From a virus (lineage: Duplodnaviria > Caudoviricetes), in the IMG/VR virus record IMGVR_UViG_3300021387_000357, positions 18,768 through 82,767 of that record: DNA of 64,000 bases. The stretch is one strand, 5' to 3'. Of this stretch, positions 54,001 through 64,000 are shown piece by piece. Numbering within the stretch: position 1 is the first letter of the stretch; each line of letters begins with the position of its first letter. Both the position numbers and the translations under genes were made by a program. The notes beneath the pieces were generated by a model. That model made no database searches and was not told the DNA's origin. It worked only from the letters and a program-made list of their open reading frames with translations.

Positions 54001-56732
54001 AAAGTTTTATTTAATAATTGAATTTTTATTGCTGCTTCTCCAGAAGCCACTTTTACTAATGAAATAGCTCCAGCGTGTGCAATTTCAGTTGTTGTTGCTG
54101 CCATAGCTGCAACATATTCTTCTGTTGTTACAACTTTCATTAAACCTAATGATGTAGTGGCTTTTACAAACCCATTTGCAAGCATTGGAAGAACAAAAGC
54201 CGCTCCAGTAATTATTTTAATAAATTTCTATCCAGCAGATAAATCAGAGTTTTTCCAAATACTACCAAGATTTTGCACCTGTTGAATGGCAGAACCCATT
54301 TGAGCAATACCGCCAGCCGCTTTAGCCCAATTTTCAATTTGAGCAGCTCTTTCTATTCTTTCTTGTCCAGTAATAAAAGAAACAGTAAGCTGTTCTAATT
54401 TTTGTTGCTTCTATTGTAAGTTATTTATAAAAGCTGGATCACTCATTACCTACAACAAATCTTTATATCTTTTATTAATTTTATCTCCAGCAGCTTTTGT
54501 GGCATCAACTAATTTTTGAAGGAAAGATTTAAATATTTGTTCAGCAACTTCTGGTTTTTCAGAATTAATTTTTTGTATTACTTTTGTCCATTCTGTGCCT
54601 AAAGATTTAACTTTATTTTGAATTTCTGGCATTCCATCAAAATAACCACCGCTTTCAAATTCTGTAAGTTTATCTATAAAAACTTGAACTTCATCAGTGG
54701 CTTGATTAAATGCTTCTTCAAAATTTTGAGTAGCATCTTTTCCATTTTTCATTACTGAAAAGGCTTTATTTAAATTGGCTTCAAGCTATTTACCAACATT
54801 TTTAGATTGTTCTGCTATTTCTTTTAATCCAGTAATTTCTTCATCTATAATTTCTTGAACTTGATCTGCCTAATTTGAACCTAAAAATTCATTTAATGGT
54901 GTTGTTACAGCAAAATCAGTATTAAGTAAATCTTCTAATGGTTTCTTTTTTTCTTCTAAACTAGCAATTTCATTACCTAATTGAGTAATATCATTAAGTA
55001 ATTTTTGCATACCAGAAAATTGTTCTGGTGTCATTAATCTTGCTAATTCAAGTAATTGTTCTCTATTTTCTAATAATTTTTTACTGGTATCATCTAACTT
55101 AGGAATTCCTTGCCAGTCTTTTGTTGCTTCAAGAGCTTGCCTGAATTGTTCAGCATTATCTCGACCAATTTCAAAATTAGTAATAGTAGTATTAATTCCT
55201 CTAGCAATTTGCTCACTAAATACAGTCAAGCCAACAGCACCAAGCATTTTTAGTACTCCAACTCCGCCACCAAGACTATCAACCAAATTAGCAGTTAAAT
55301 TTGCGGCAACTGTTAATCCATCAGCTATACTATTAATACTATCAGTGTCAGATAGACTGTCATATATATTTTCAACAGCTGCTTTTAAAGTTTGTAAGTG
55401 TGCGGCGGTTGACTCCATATAAATATCTTGTTGCTCTTGTAAAGTACCTGCCGCATTTTGAGCAGTATTTAATGCTTCATTATATTTCTCAAAATTATCA
55501 AATAAAGCAATCAAATTAGAATACTGTCTTTGACCAGCCATTGTTTGTGCAAGAGAAATCTGTTGCTCTCTAGTCAAATCTTGCCAACGACCGCCAATTT
55601 CTTCCATAACTTCACCCATATCACGAAGATTACCAGCAGCATCAAGAACATTAAATCCTAATTCTGCCATTTTACCAGAATAATTACCAAGAGTAACACC
55701 ATCTTCATCAATACCAGCTTTAATATCAGAAATACGAGCATATACGGTTCTTAATGCAGTACCAACTGATTCAGGAGCTTGACGAGTAACAGATATAATA
55801 GTTGATAATTGTGCAGCTAATTGATCTTCACCAACTCCCATCGCGGCAGCCGCACTTGCAACCTTACTCATACCAGTACTTAGTTCCTCAAGGTCTGATG
55901 CTGTAGTAGCAGCAACCGCAGCAAGCCTATCAATATAAAGCTATGCTTCTTCCGCACTAACTTTATAACCATTCCAAACAGCTGTTAATTCCTCTGAAAC
56001 ATCTGAAGTAGATTGCCCAGTAACGTTGGCTGTCATTAGAGTAATTTTAGCTCTTTCCTATATTTCTTTATCAGATAAACCCTGTTGTGCATAAATTAAT
56101 GCCGCATTTGTATAGTCTGTTGTAGTTTTACCTAAACTTTGGGCAGCTTCATTTGCTTTAATCGCAAAATTACCCATTTCTTCAGCAGACTTACCTGTAA
56201 CTATTCTAATGTTATTTAATGATGTATCTAATGATTTTGTATAACCCCATGCTTGTTCAACCGCCCTAGACATATTATTAACTGCACCAGAAGCTAAATT
56301 CCATTTAATAGTATTGGTAAGAGTGGTTGCCATCTTATCTAATAAGCCATGAGTCTCTTTTAATTGAATATTTGTGCTTAATACTTGAGAAGATAAACTT
56401 CTAAATGCATTTTCTCCACTAGTCCCCGCAGATTTAAAAGCTGTATAAATTTTCTATATAGATGTTTGAGAATTAATTAAAGATTTATTAAAAGTCTATA
56501 TATTTACAGTATTTAATTTAGCATTAAAAGCAGTCTTTAAAGCTTCTTCTACATTCTGAGCTTCTCTTTTTATACTATTAAGCATCGTTGTAGCAGATGC
56601 TGCATCAGTATGATTAATCTTCATTACATCACTAATTTTCATTTTCTGAATTTCTTGTAATGAAGCTTTTAATTTATTTAAATCGCCAGATTTTACATCA
56701 AAACCAACCTGGTATCTTATTTCATTTGCCAT
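48078..56732 (-). CDS. tail tape measure protein (TAG-recoded, about 2884 aa)
   Basis: Eleven track ORFs from 56496 to 49089 share one frame; TMP-like core (ALIYAQQG, APESVGTALRTVYARI, AGQRQYSNLIALFDN); ends TAA at 48078; not every codon was checked. Confidence 0.85.
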
Positions 56733-56760
56733 ATCCTTTTATCTCCCTTAATAATAATTA

Positions 56761-56934
56761 TTAATTATTATTATCATCATCAGAAACAATAATAAACCAT
56801 AAATCACCAGTTTTTTGTACTGTTGGTTCTGTTTTAGAGATAATAATATGATTTTTTAATTCTTCAGTCGTATTTTCTATTTTTTTATCAACCTATGCGG
56901 AGGATACCCCTCCATTACCATAAAATGAACTCAT
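56761..56934 (-). CDS. small TAG-recoded tail-associated protein
   Basis: MSSFYGNGG start, GGAGG RBS, one TAG, ends TAA. Confidence 0.65.
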
Positions 56935-56953
56935 ATTAATCCTCCTTATATTA

Positions 56954-57235
56954 TCAATAAACAAAATCAATAATAGTATCCGCACTCGCTCCATCGGGAA
57001 AAATTAAATGATGTACTTCAACAATATTATCTAACTCATAAATTCCTGTTTTTCCAATTTTCACTTGCGCGTTGTTTATTAAAACTCTTGTTCCAACCTC
57101 TGATTGAATACCTAATTTATATAAAATAGGTCTTGTTGTTTCAGGAGTAAAAGCACCAATAGGTGCATTATCATCTAGTAAATCAATATTTGCAGTAAAA
57201 GGTCCAGAAACCTGTCCAATTCTTCCATTTAACAT
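56954..57235 (-). CDS. small tail-associated protein
   Basis: GGAGG RBS; KLGIQ...VKIGKTGIYELD. Confidence 0.72.
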   Translation of the reverse strand: MLNGRIGQVSGPFTANIDLLDDNAPIGAFTPETTRPILYKLGIQSEVGTRVLINNAQVKIGKTGIYELDNIVEVHHLIFPDGASADTIIDFVY

Positions 57236-57315
57236 AATAAAACATCCTCCATTATATAAAAATATATGAAACTTTTAATAGTTTCATCTAAAAATTTTTT
57301 CTTTTATACATTTAT

Positions 57316-57353
57316 AATAAAAACTATTTTATTTAAATCATCTTAACTCGACC
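57316..57353 (-). promoter_or_regulatory. putative late promoter
   Basis: GGTCGA-24 nt-TTTTTATT upstream of the tape measure operon. Confidence 0.65.
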
Positions 57354-57452
57354 ATTTAAAAATTTCTTGATTATTTATTAAAATTTTGTTATAATATCTT
57401 TAGAAAAAGATAGAAGAAACATTTAAACTCTTTTAAACAATAGGAAAGAAAT

Positions 57453-57635
57453 ATGAAATATAATATAAATTTAAATTTAGATTTTTTTGGTTTTCTTTTA
57501 ATTGTTAATATCATTTTAAAATTAACTAAAGTAATTAATTGGAGCTGGTGGATTGTATTATGGCCTCTTTGGATTTCAACTATTTTAACTATTATTACTA
57601 TTTTTATTATTTTAATAACGATTGGAAGGAATTAA
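57453..57635 (+). CDS. small membrane protein
   Basis: Hydrophobic, INWSWWIVLWPLWI motif. Confidence 0.65.
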   Translation: MKYNINLNLDFFGFLLIVNIILKLTKVINWSWWIVLWPLWISTILTIITIFIILITIGRN

Positions 57636-57639
57636 TTAG

Positions 57640-58065
57640 ATGAGACTTTGGCATAAAGGTTTAATTCCCGTTTTACCAAGAGAACAGCTTGTTGCTCAAT
57701 GGAGAGAATTATCTGCAATAGCAGGAGCCATTAAAAAAAATGGAACACCAAATCATATTTTAGTTAATTTTGTTTTAAATTATGATTATAACCATTTTAT
57801 TAATTATGCGGGAATGGTACGAGCTGAAATGAATCGTCGCGGCTATCGCACAATGAATTCAGTATGGGAGAAAATTACTAGTCTTAAACCAGATTGGAAC
57901 TTTTTATCATATGATGAAATTTATAAAGAAAAAATGAATGATATTTATTTAAAAATTTGTTATTATAATCTTTATGAAAAATATATATGCGGTGGAATTG
58001 ATGGATTTGAGTTTGGTAAAATACTACAAAGAAAAGATGAAATTATAAATAAGGAGATGCTATGA
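57640..58065 (+). CDS. pyrimidine dimer DNA glycosylase/endonuclease V-like protein
   Basis: MRLWH..L..LPREQLVAQWRE...H.LVN...AEMNRRGY resembles the T4 DenV family. Confidence 0.72.
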   Translation: MRLWHKGLIPVLPREQLVAQWRELSAIAGAIKKNGTPNHILVNFVLNYDYNHFINYAGMVRAEMNRRGYRTMNSVWEKITSLKPDWNFLSYDEIYKEKMNDIYLKICYYNLYEKYICGGIDGFEFGKILQRKDEIINKEML

Positions 58066-58274
58066 GAGATATTAATCGACTTGATAATTTTTATAATGAA
58101 CTCAAAAGAATTCATAAATATGTTCCTGATTGGCGGTTTGGGCAACTTATAATGAATTTTATGAATTGGTATTATATTAAATATAAAAGAGATTGTTTTT
58201 ATATTGAAGAAGATGAAATGATAAAATATATTGAAGAATTTATTGATAAAGTCGAAGATAGTCATTGTTATTAA
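58062..58274 (+). CDS. hypothetical protein
   Basis: MRDINR...PDWRFGQL motif; AAGGAG RBS. Confidence 0.7.
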   Translation: MRDINRLDNFYNELKRIHKYVPDWRFGQLIMNFMNWYYIKYKRDCFYIEEDEMIKYIEEFIDKVEDSHCY

Positions 58275-58304
58275 ATATAAAACATTCAACAAAAGAAAGG
58301 AAGA

Positions 58305-58649
58305 GTGGTAATAATGAAAATGTTTTATAAAAAAGATAATTATTTGGTTGAAGTTTATCATTTTTTTGAAGATAAAACTGCATTGATTTTTTCTCCATCT
58401 ACCGCAGGACGACAAAATGGTAACGGCTGGGAAAAAGTTAAAATAGGACAGTTAATTCCTGAAGATTATTATGATACTCATAGTAATACTCTTATAAATG
58501 AAAGCATCAAAACAAAAATTAAAAAACGACTTGTTTTAACTCAAGCTGAATGGATTTGCACAGATGGAACTATTTTTAATGATTGTAACAAGGCTATTGC
58601 TCATGAACGTGAGCTAATGGAAAAGGAGAATAATAACAATGCTCAATAA
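58305..58649 (+). CDS. hypothetical protein
   Basis: ORF in operon. Confidence 0.65.
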   Translation: MVIMKMFYKKDNYLVEVYHFFEDKTALIFSPSTAGRQNGNGWEKVKIGQLIPEDYYDTHSNTLINESIKTKIKKRLVLTQAEWICTDGTIFNDCNKAIAHERELMEKENNNNAQ

Positions 58650-59868
58650 GAATAACGAAAGAGAACTCGCATATGTAGTTACTATTGATGCGGTGACTCC
58701 TATTGAAGGATATGATCGAGTTGAACTTGCTCATGTTGGCGGTTGGACTATTGTTGTTGGAAAAGGTGAATTCCATGCGGGAGATCCTGCTATCTATTTT
58801 GAAATTGACTCTAAGCTACCTGAAGTAGAACCTTTTACTAATATGGAATTTCTTGCCAAAAAGAAATATAAAATAAAGACTCAGCGAATGTGCCGGTCAT
58901 TAAGCCAGGGACTTTTAATGTCTGCCGCAAATTTTGGATGGGAAATTCAAGCAGATGGAACTCTTTGGAACCCAAAAGATGGAGATCATGGATGTTATAG
59001 TCCCTACGATGATTCTCGTTTCCTTACTAAGAAACTTAATGTAACTTATTATGTTGCAGAAGATAATGTTCGTAAAGCAAATTCTGATGATAAGTATAAG
59101 AGAATGGCACAACGTCATGGCAAACTATTTTCTCATCAGCCCTTTAGATGGCTTATGAAACGAGATTGGGGTAGAAAATTTCTTTTTGTATTTTTTGGAC
59201 GTAAGAAAGATAAAAAATCTGGTTGGCCTACGTGGGTAACTCGTACTGATGAAGAAAGGATCCAGAATATGCCTTGGATTCTAAATGATAAAGAACCCTG
59301 GATTGCAACTGAAAAAATTGACGGCACTTCTACTACTTTTACTATGAAACGTGGAAAGTGGCCTCACAAAGATGAGTTTTATGTTTGTTCTCGTAATGTA
59401 GTATTTGATAAGCCCGAAAAAACTTGCTTCTATGATACTAATGTTTATACTGAAATGGCAGAAAAATATGATATTTATAATAAGATGAAAGATCTTTTAT
59501 ATAATCATTTTACAGATTGTGAATGGATTACTATTCAGGGTGAAACATATGGACCTGGTATCCAAAAGAGAGATTATCATACTCCAGAGCATGCTTTTAT
59601 GGCTTTTAACTTCATTACTTCTAAAGATGGACGCTGGGGAACTGAAAAGATGGTTGATCTTCTCCAAAAGCATATGGGTATTCCTTGTGTTCCTGTTCTT
59701 AATACTAATTTTATTCTGCCAAATACTGTTGAAGAACTACTTAGTTATGCAACTGGAGAATCTGTTTGTGACCATGATCTTCGCGAAGGAGTTGTATGTC
59801 GTTCAAAAGATGGAAAGAAATCATTCAAAGCTGTTTCTAATGAATTTTTGCTTAAATATCATCAGTAA
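58639..59868 (+). CDS. ATP-dependent RNA ligase (DRB0094/Rnl-type) with N-terminal tRNA-binding OB-like domain
   Basis: TEKIDGTS (motif I), IQGETYG, FMAFN, EGVVCR, FKAVS. Confidence 0.88.
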   Translation: MLNKNNERELAYVVTIDAVTPIEGYDRVELAHVGGWTIVVGKGEFHAGDPAIYFEIDSKLPEVEPFTNMEFLAKKKYKIKTQRMCRSLSQGLLMSAANFGWEIQADGTLWNPKDGDHGCYSPYDDSRFLTKKLNVTYYVAEDNVRKANSDDKYKRMAQRHGKLFSHQPFRWLMKRDWGRKFLFVFFGRKKDKKSGWPTWVTRTDEERIQNMPWILNDKEPWIATEKIDGTSTTFTMKRGKWPHKDEFYVCSRNVVFDKPEKTCFYDTNVYTEMAEKYDIYNKMKDLLYNHFTDCEWITIQGETYGPGIQKRDYHTPEHAFMAFNFITSKDGRWGTEKMVDLLQKHMGIPCVPVLNTNFILPNTVEELLSYATGESVCDHDLREGVVCRSKDGKKSFKAVSNEFLLKYHQ

Positions 59869-60106
59869 TTTATGAAAAATGAATTTATTAAATGGTACTA
59901 CTGGATGCAAATTCACAGACCCATAAGATACTTATGGAGCGTCATGAATGAAGATGTTTAAATGTTGAATAAAAACTCGAACGCATCTCAACAGCCATTA
60001 ATAAAATATTTCTACAAGGTAGTTATAAAACAACTGCCTTGTTTTTTTATTTATTTTTTATTATAATATATATAGAAAAACAAAAAAGAAAGGATGTGTT
60101 TTTACA

Positions 60107-60406
60107 ATGAGAAGAAAAAATGATGATTTTTCAATTTCAAAAATGTTTTGTTGCAATTGCGGACATGAGGGAGTTCCAATTAGTCGCAGATCAGGACAGT
60201 CCCGCGAAGCTGGACATTTAAAAAAATTATATTGTATTTATTGCGGTAAAACTTGGAATCATGTAGAAATTCGTCCTATATATACTGATTATAATTATGA
60301 AGATTTTAATTTAGAGATGAAATATCATAATTTTAATGAAAATGGAGAAAGAAAAGAACCATATAGAATTTTTAGAGGTAATTTAAAAAAGAAAGGAGTT
60401 ATATAA
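60107..60406 (+). CDS. Zn-ribbon protein
   Basis: CCNCG and CIYCG motifs; own promoter 60039-60067. Confidence 0.7.
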   Translation: MRRKNDDFSISKMFCCNCGHEGVPISRRSGQSREAGHLKKLYCIYCGKTWNHVEIRPIYTDYNYEDFNLEMKYHNFNENGERKEPYRIFRGNLKKKGVI

Positions 60407-60408
60407 TA

Positions 60409-61050
60409 ATGAGAATCATTGATAAAAATTCAGATTTTTATGACTATATTCAAAACATATATTATGATAATTCTTTAACTTTTGACAGAACAAATTCATT
60501 TTTATTAACAAAAGATTTTATTTGTAGTAACATTTGGTTTACAAATGATGATAGTGAATATCTTTTACTTCAAATTTGTAATACTTTTTGGTTATTTTTA
60601 TTAAAAATTACAGAAAAAAATATTTATAATAGACCTACAAATTATAATATAACACTATTAACAACTTGGAAGAATTATAATAAAAAAAGAGAATTAATTA
60701 AATTTGATATAATTTCTTTTTCTTTTCCATTATTTTATAAGAATAAAAAAAATGCTAGCAATGAAAAAATATTAAATACTCTTATTCAAAAAATTAATAC
60801 TAATGATTATAAAATTAAAAGAAATCTAACTACATGTGAAAAAAAGATCCCTCTTTTAAAGGCTTGCGGAATTACAAATATCGTTAATCCAATTGATATT
60901 TATTTATCTTTTGAAGAGTACTTTTCATTAGAAAAAACTGCTTCAGAAAGAACAGAATCAATAGGTATCACAGATATTGATAAATTAGAAAATCATGGTT
61001 TTGATAAGAAGACATCATTTCGGAATATAAAAAATAATAAAAGAGGTTAA
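60409..61050 (+). CDS. hypothetical protein
   Basis: ORF in operon; HGFDKKTSFR C-terminal motif. Confidence 0.7.
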   Translation: MRIIDKNSDFYDYIQNIYYDNSLTFDRTNSFLLTKDFICSNIWFTNDDSEYLLLQICNTFWLFLLKITEKNIYNRPTNYNITLLTTWKNYNKKRELIKFDIISFSFPLFYKNKKNASNEKILNTLIQKINTNDYKIKRNLTTCEKKIPLLKACGITNIVNPIDIYLSFEEYFSLEKTASERTESIGITDIDKLENHGFDKKTSFRNIKNNKRG

Positions 61051-61051
61051 A

Positions 61052-61546
61052 ATGGCTAATTTATATTTAATGTGCGGGGTCCCTGGAAGTGGAAAATCTA
61101 CTTTTCTTAAAAATAAAATTAAAAATAATAATTCAGTAATTATTTCTCGTGATGCTATTAGATTTTCAATAGTAAAACCTGAAGAAGATTATTTTTCTCA
61201 TGAAGACGAAGTTCTTGAAATTTTTTGGAATCAAATCAATGAAGCGCTTGCCGCAAATAAGACTGTTTATGTTGATCAGACTTCTCTCACTCCAAGAGCG
61301 AGAAAGTGGCTGCTTCAGCATATTACTGGATACGAACATGCTAATTTAATTTGGATTGATGAAGATTTAGAAACTTGCCTTGAAAGAAATGAAGAACGAA
61401 AAGGAACTAGGGCTTATGTACCTAGAGAAATCATCTGCCGCATGTTTTCCCAGTTTATTGAGCCTTCTCTCGGCGAAGGATTTTATAGAATTTATCGTTA
61501 CAACAGTAAAGAAAATAAAATAACATATAAAGGAGAACCATTTTAA
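61052..61546 (+). CDS. P-loop polynucleotide kinase-like (AAA_33) protein
   Basis: GVPGSGKST, ISRDAIR, CLERNEER. Confidence 0.85.
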   Translation: MANLYLMCGVPGSGKSTFLKNKIKNNNSVIISRDAIRFSIVKPEEDYFSHEDEVLEIFWNQINEALAANKTVYVDQTSLTPRARKWLLQHITGYEHANLIWIDEDLETCLERNEERKGTRAYVPREIICRMFSQFIEPSLGEGFYRIYRYNSKENKITYKGEPF

Positions 61547-62091
61547 TGATTTATTTCTCATCAGATCTCCATCTAAACCATAATAAACCTTTTATTTATG
61601 AACCCCGCGGTTTTAAAAATATTTATGAAATGAATAATACTATTATTAAAAATTTTAATTCAATAATCACATGGGAAGATGATCTTTATCTTCTTGGTGA
61701 TAATTTCCTTGGAGAACTTGAATCAGGAATTAGTCTTTTTAATCAACTTCCTGGTAAAATTCACTTGATTTGGGGGAATCATGATACAGACAATAGAAAA
61801 GAGATTGTATCCAAATGCTATAATGTAGTAGAAACTGTTGGATATGCAGGAATAATTAAATATAATAAATATCACTTTTATATAAGTCATTTTCCAACTT
61901 GCACAACTAATTTTGATGATTATAAAAAGCCCTTAAAACAACGAACTCTTTGTCTCAGTGGTCATACTCATTCTAAAGAACTTTTTGAACCTTGTGGATC
62001 TTATAATGTAGCCGTTGATGCTCATAACTGTTTTCCAGTTTCTATTGATGAAATTATCAATGATTTTAATAATTGGGACAAAATTAAATAA
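61546..62091 (+). CDS. calcineurin-like metallophosphoesterase
   Basis: SDLHLNH, LLGD, GNHD, HFP, GHTH. Confidence 0.88.
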   Translation: MIYFSSDLHLNHNKPFIYEPRGFKNIYEMNNTIIKNFNSIITWEDDLYLLGDNFLGELESGISLFNQLPGKIHLIWGNHDTDNRKEIVSKCYNVVETVGYAGIIKYNKYHFYISHFPTCTTNFDDYKKPLKQRTLCLSGHTHSKELFEPCGSYNVAVDAHNCFPVSIDEIINDFNNWDKIK

Positions 62092-62113
62092 TTATTAAAT
62101 TATATTTTTAATA
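62076..62113 (+). promoter_or_regulatory. putative late promoter
   Basis: GGACAA-24 nt-TTTTAATA upstream of the holin-endolysin. Confidence 0.7.
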
Positions 62114-62198
62114 ATATATACAGAACAAAAATCTTATGTTTTTCAAGGAACTAGTATTTAACTAGTTCCTTATTTTTATATTTTAAGGAGGTAGTTAA

Positions 62199-62471
62199 AT
62201 GAATTTTAAAGTAAGATTTAAAAATCCTGTTTTTATTGTTCAAATAATTCTTGCAGTTTTTACTCCTATTTTAGCATATGCTGGATTAACATTTCAGGAT
62301 TTAACTTCTTGGGCAATATTAGGAAAAGTTCTTATAGAGGCTTTACAAAATCCTTATGTTTTAGGATTAATTGTTGTTTCTGTTTGGAATGCGATTAATG
62401 ACCCAACCACAGAAGGTGTAACAGATAGTAAGCAAGCAATGACATATGATAAACCAAAGCCAAAAGAATAA
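62199..62471 (+). CDS. holin (phi LC3-like)
   Basis: MNFKVRFKNPVF, two TM segments, DPTTEGVTDS. Confidence 0.85.
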   Translation: MNFKVRFKNPVFIVQIILAVFTPILAYAGLTFQDLTSWAILGKVLIEALQNPYVLGLIVVSVWNAINDPTTEGVTDSKQAMTYDKPKPKE

Positions 62472-62483
62472 TGGAGGTTTATT

Positions 62484-63908
62484 ATGTTAAAAGGAATTGA
62501 TATTTCTTATCATCAAGGGACAGTAGATTTTAAAAAAATAAAAGCCAGTAATGAAATGGATTTTATTGTTCTTAGATAGGGCTATAGAAAAGCTATTGAT
62601 AATAACTTTATTGAATATACAAAAGAATGCCAAAATAATAATATTCCTATTATGGTATATCATTTTATTTATACCAATAATGCTACAATTAAAGAAAATG
62701 CAGAATCAACTTTTAATAATATAAAAAAAGCTGGTTTAAACCCTGAAGAAATTTGGATTGCGGCGGATCTTGAATATGACACTTGGAAGAAAAATAAAGA
62801 AATTTGTACCAAAGAAAAATGTACTGCATATACAAAAGAATATTTAGATGAATTAAAAGCACTTGGATGTAAAAAATTATTTATTTATACCAATACTGAC
62901 TATTATAAAAATTATTATGATTGGAATCAATTATCTGATTATCCAATTTGGCTTGCTGACTATGCTGGAGCTCCTGATTATCCATGCGCCATGCAACAAT
63001 ACACTTCAACAGGTAGGATTAGCGGCATTAATGGCTATGTAGATATGAATTATTTATTTGATGAAACAATGTTAGATAATAACTTAAAAGAATAGACAAA
63101 TAGCCATGACAATAATAATGTGATTACCGCAGATGATGCATTAAATCTTTTTAGAACATGGATAGGACTATCTCGTTCTAAAGGAACTCATAAAATAATT
63201 ATTGATACTTATAATAATTATACTCCAAGAGCAAGAGGATATAAGGTTACATATTCTGACGCCTATTGTGATACAACAATTAGTGCAATTTTTATTAAAT
63301 TAAATGCAGTTGATTTAATAGGTGGGACAGAGTGCGGCGTAGAAAATCATGTTGCATTATTTAAAAAAGCTGGTATTTGGGAAGAAGATGGAACAATAAC
63401 ACCAGAAAAAGGTGATTTAATTATATATAACTGGGATGATAATACTCAACCAAATAATGGTTATTCAGACCATATAGGAATGGTTGAATCAGTTTCTGAT
63501 AATAATATTATTGTTCTTGAAGGTAATATGAATGGTGGAGTTGTTGGTCGTAGAACTATTCCTATTGGTTGGGGTTATATTCGTGGATATGCTAAACCCA
63601 AATATGGAATTAAAAAAGAGAAAAAAGAAACATCTACAATTGGGAATATTTCAACAACAGTCAAAGAACCTAAAACCAATACCACAATAAAAATTGATTA
63701 TGCCGAATCTTTTAATAAAAAAATTGCAAAAACTTATACAACGACAGCAAATTTAAGATTGCGGTCAGGCGCCAATTTATCAAAACCAATTATTACAGTT
63801 ATGCCATATGGTAGTAAAGTTACTTGTTATGGATATTATACTGAAAATTGGTATTATGTTACATATGGAAAATACACTGGATTTTGTTCTAAACAATATT
63901 TAAAATAA
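62484..63908 (+). CDS. modular endolysin GH25 muramidase + CHAP + SH3b (2 in-frame TAG)
   Basis: GIDISYHQG, DLEY, WLADY; AYCDTTIS and DHIGMV (CHAP Cys/His); NLRLRSG SH3; TAG at 62577 and 63093. Confidence 0.85.
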
Positions 63909-63917
63909 ATTATTTAT

Positions 63918-63960
63918 ATAGGTAATTTAATGGCTAAAGCCATTAAATTACCTATTTTTT
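63918..63960 (+). terminator. intrinsic terminator after lysis genes
   Basis: ATAGGTAATTTAATGGC/GCCATTAAATTACCTAT plus T run. Confidence 0.85.
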
Positions 63961-64000
63961 TATTTTACTTGAAAAATAAAGATATTTATGATATAATTTA

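Noticed and set aside
24036-56732. Late region as pseudogenes or sequencing errors
   Set aside because: Interruptions are only TAG, frames are preserved over kilobases, genes end in TAA, and a CUA tRNA is present
24036-56732. TAG as pyrrolysine
   Set aside because: No pylTSBCD features seen; TAG is frequent and in acidic contexts; the suppressor has a standard cloverleaf
433-61561. Many short opposite-strand or alternate-frame ORFs (e.g. 4451, 5114, 7375, 22752, 34318, 50511, 59519)
   Set aside because: Shadows of better-supported genes

Overview
AT-rich 64 kb segment of a large tailed dsDNA phage, most likely of gut Clostridia/Lachnospiraceae (inferred from host-like genes). Layout: (1) 1-11.1 kb small + strand early genes, many with their own sigma70-like promoter; (2) 11.2-23.8 kb tRNA/ncRNA cluster with about 25 tRNA or tRNA-like genes, including an amber (CUA) suppressor, a tRNA-Leu(UAA) split by a group I intron with an HNH gene, six copies of an unrecognised Y-RNA-like ncRNA, and a TROVE/vWA (DUF2828, Ro60-like) gene; (3) 24-57 kb late tail region with tape measure, tail/baseplate proteins, two paralogous fibres and a radical SAM/SPASM enzyme behind a Cys-rich tail C-terminus; (4) 57.4-64 kb DNA/RNA repair genes and a holin-endolysin. 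Late, lysis and nuclease genes are broken only by in-frame TAG and end in TAA/TGA, so TAG is recoded. The residue contexts (e.g. the RuvC catalytic position) and the Glu-like suppressor body point to TAG=Glu rather than the Gln reported for amber-recoded phages; this is an inference needing alignment or proteomics. All calls come from manual reading; family names are from recall of motifs, no database searches were run. In translations * marks an in-frame TAG.
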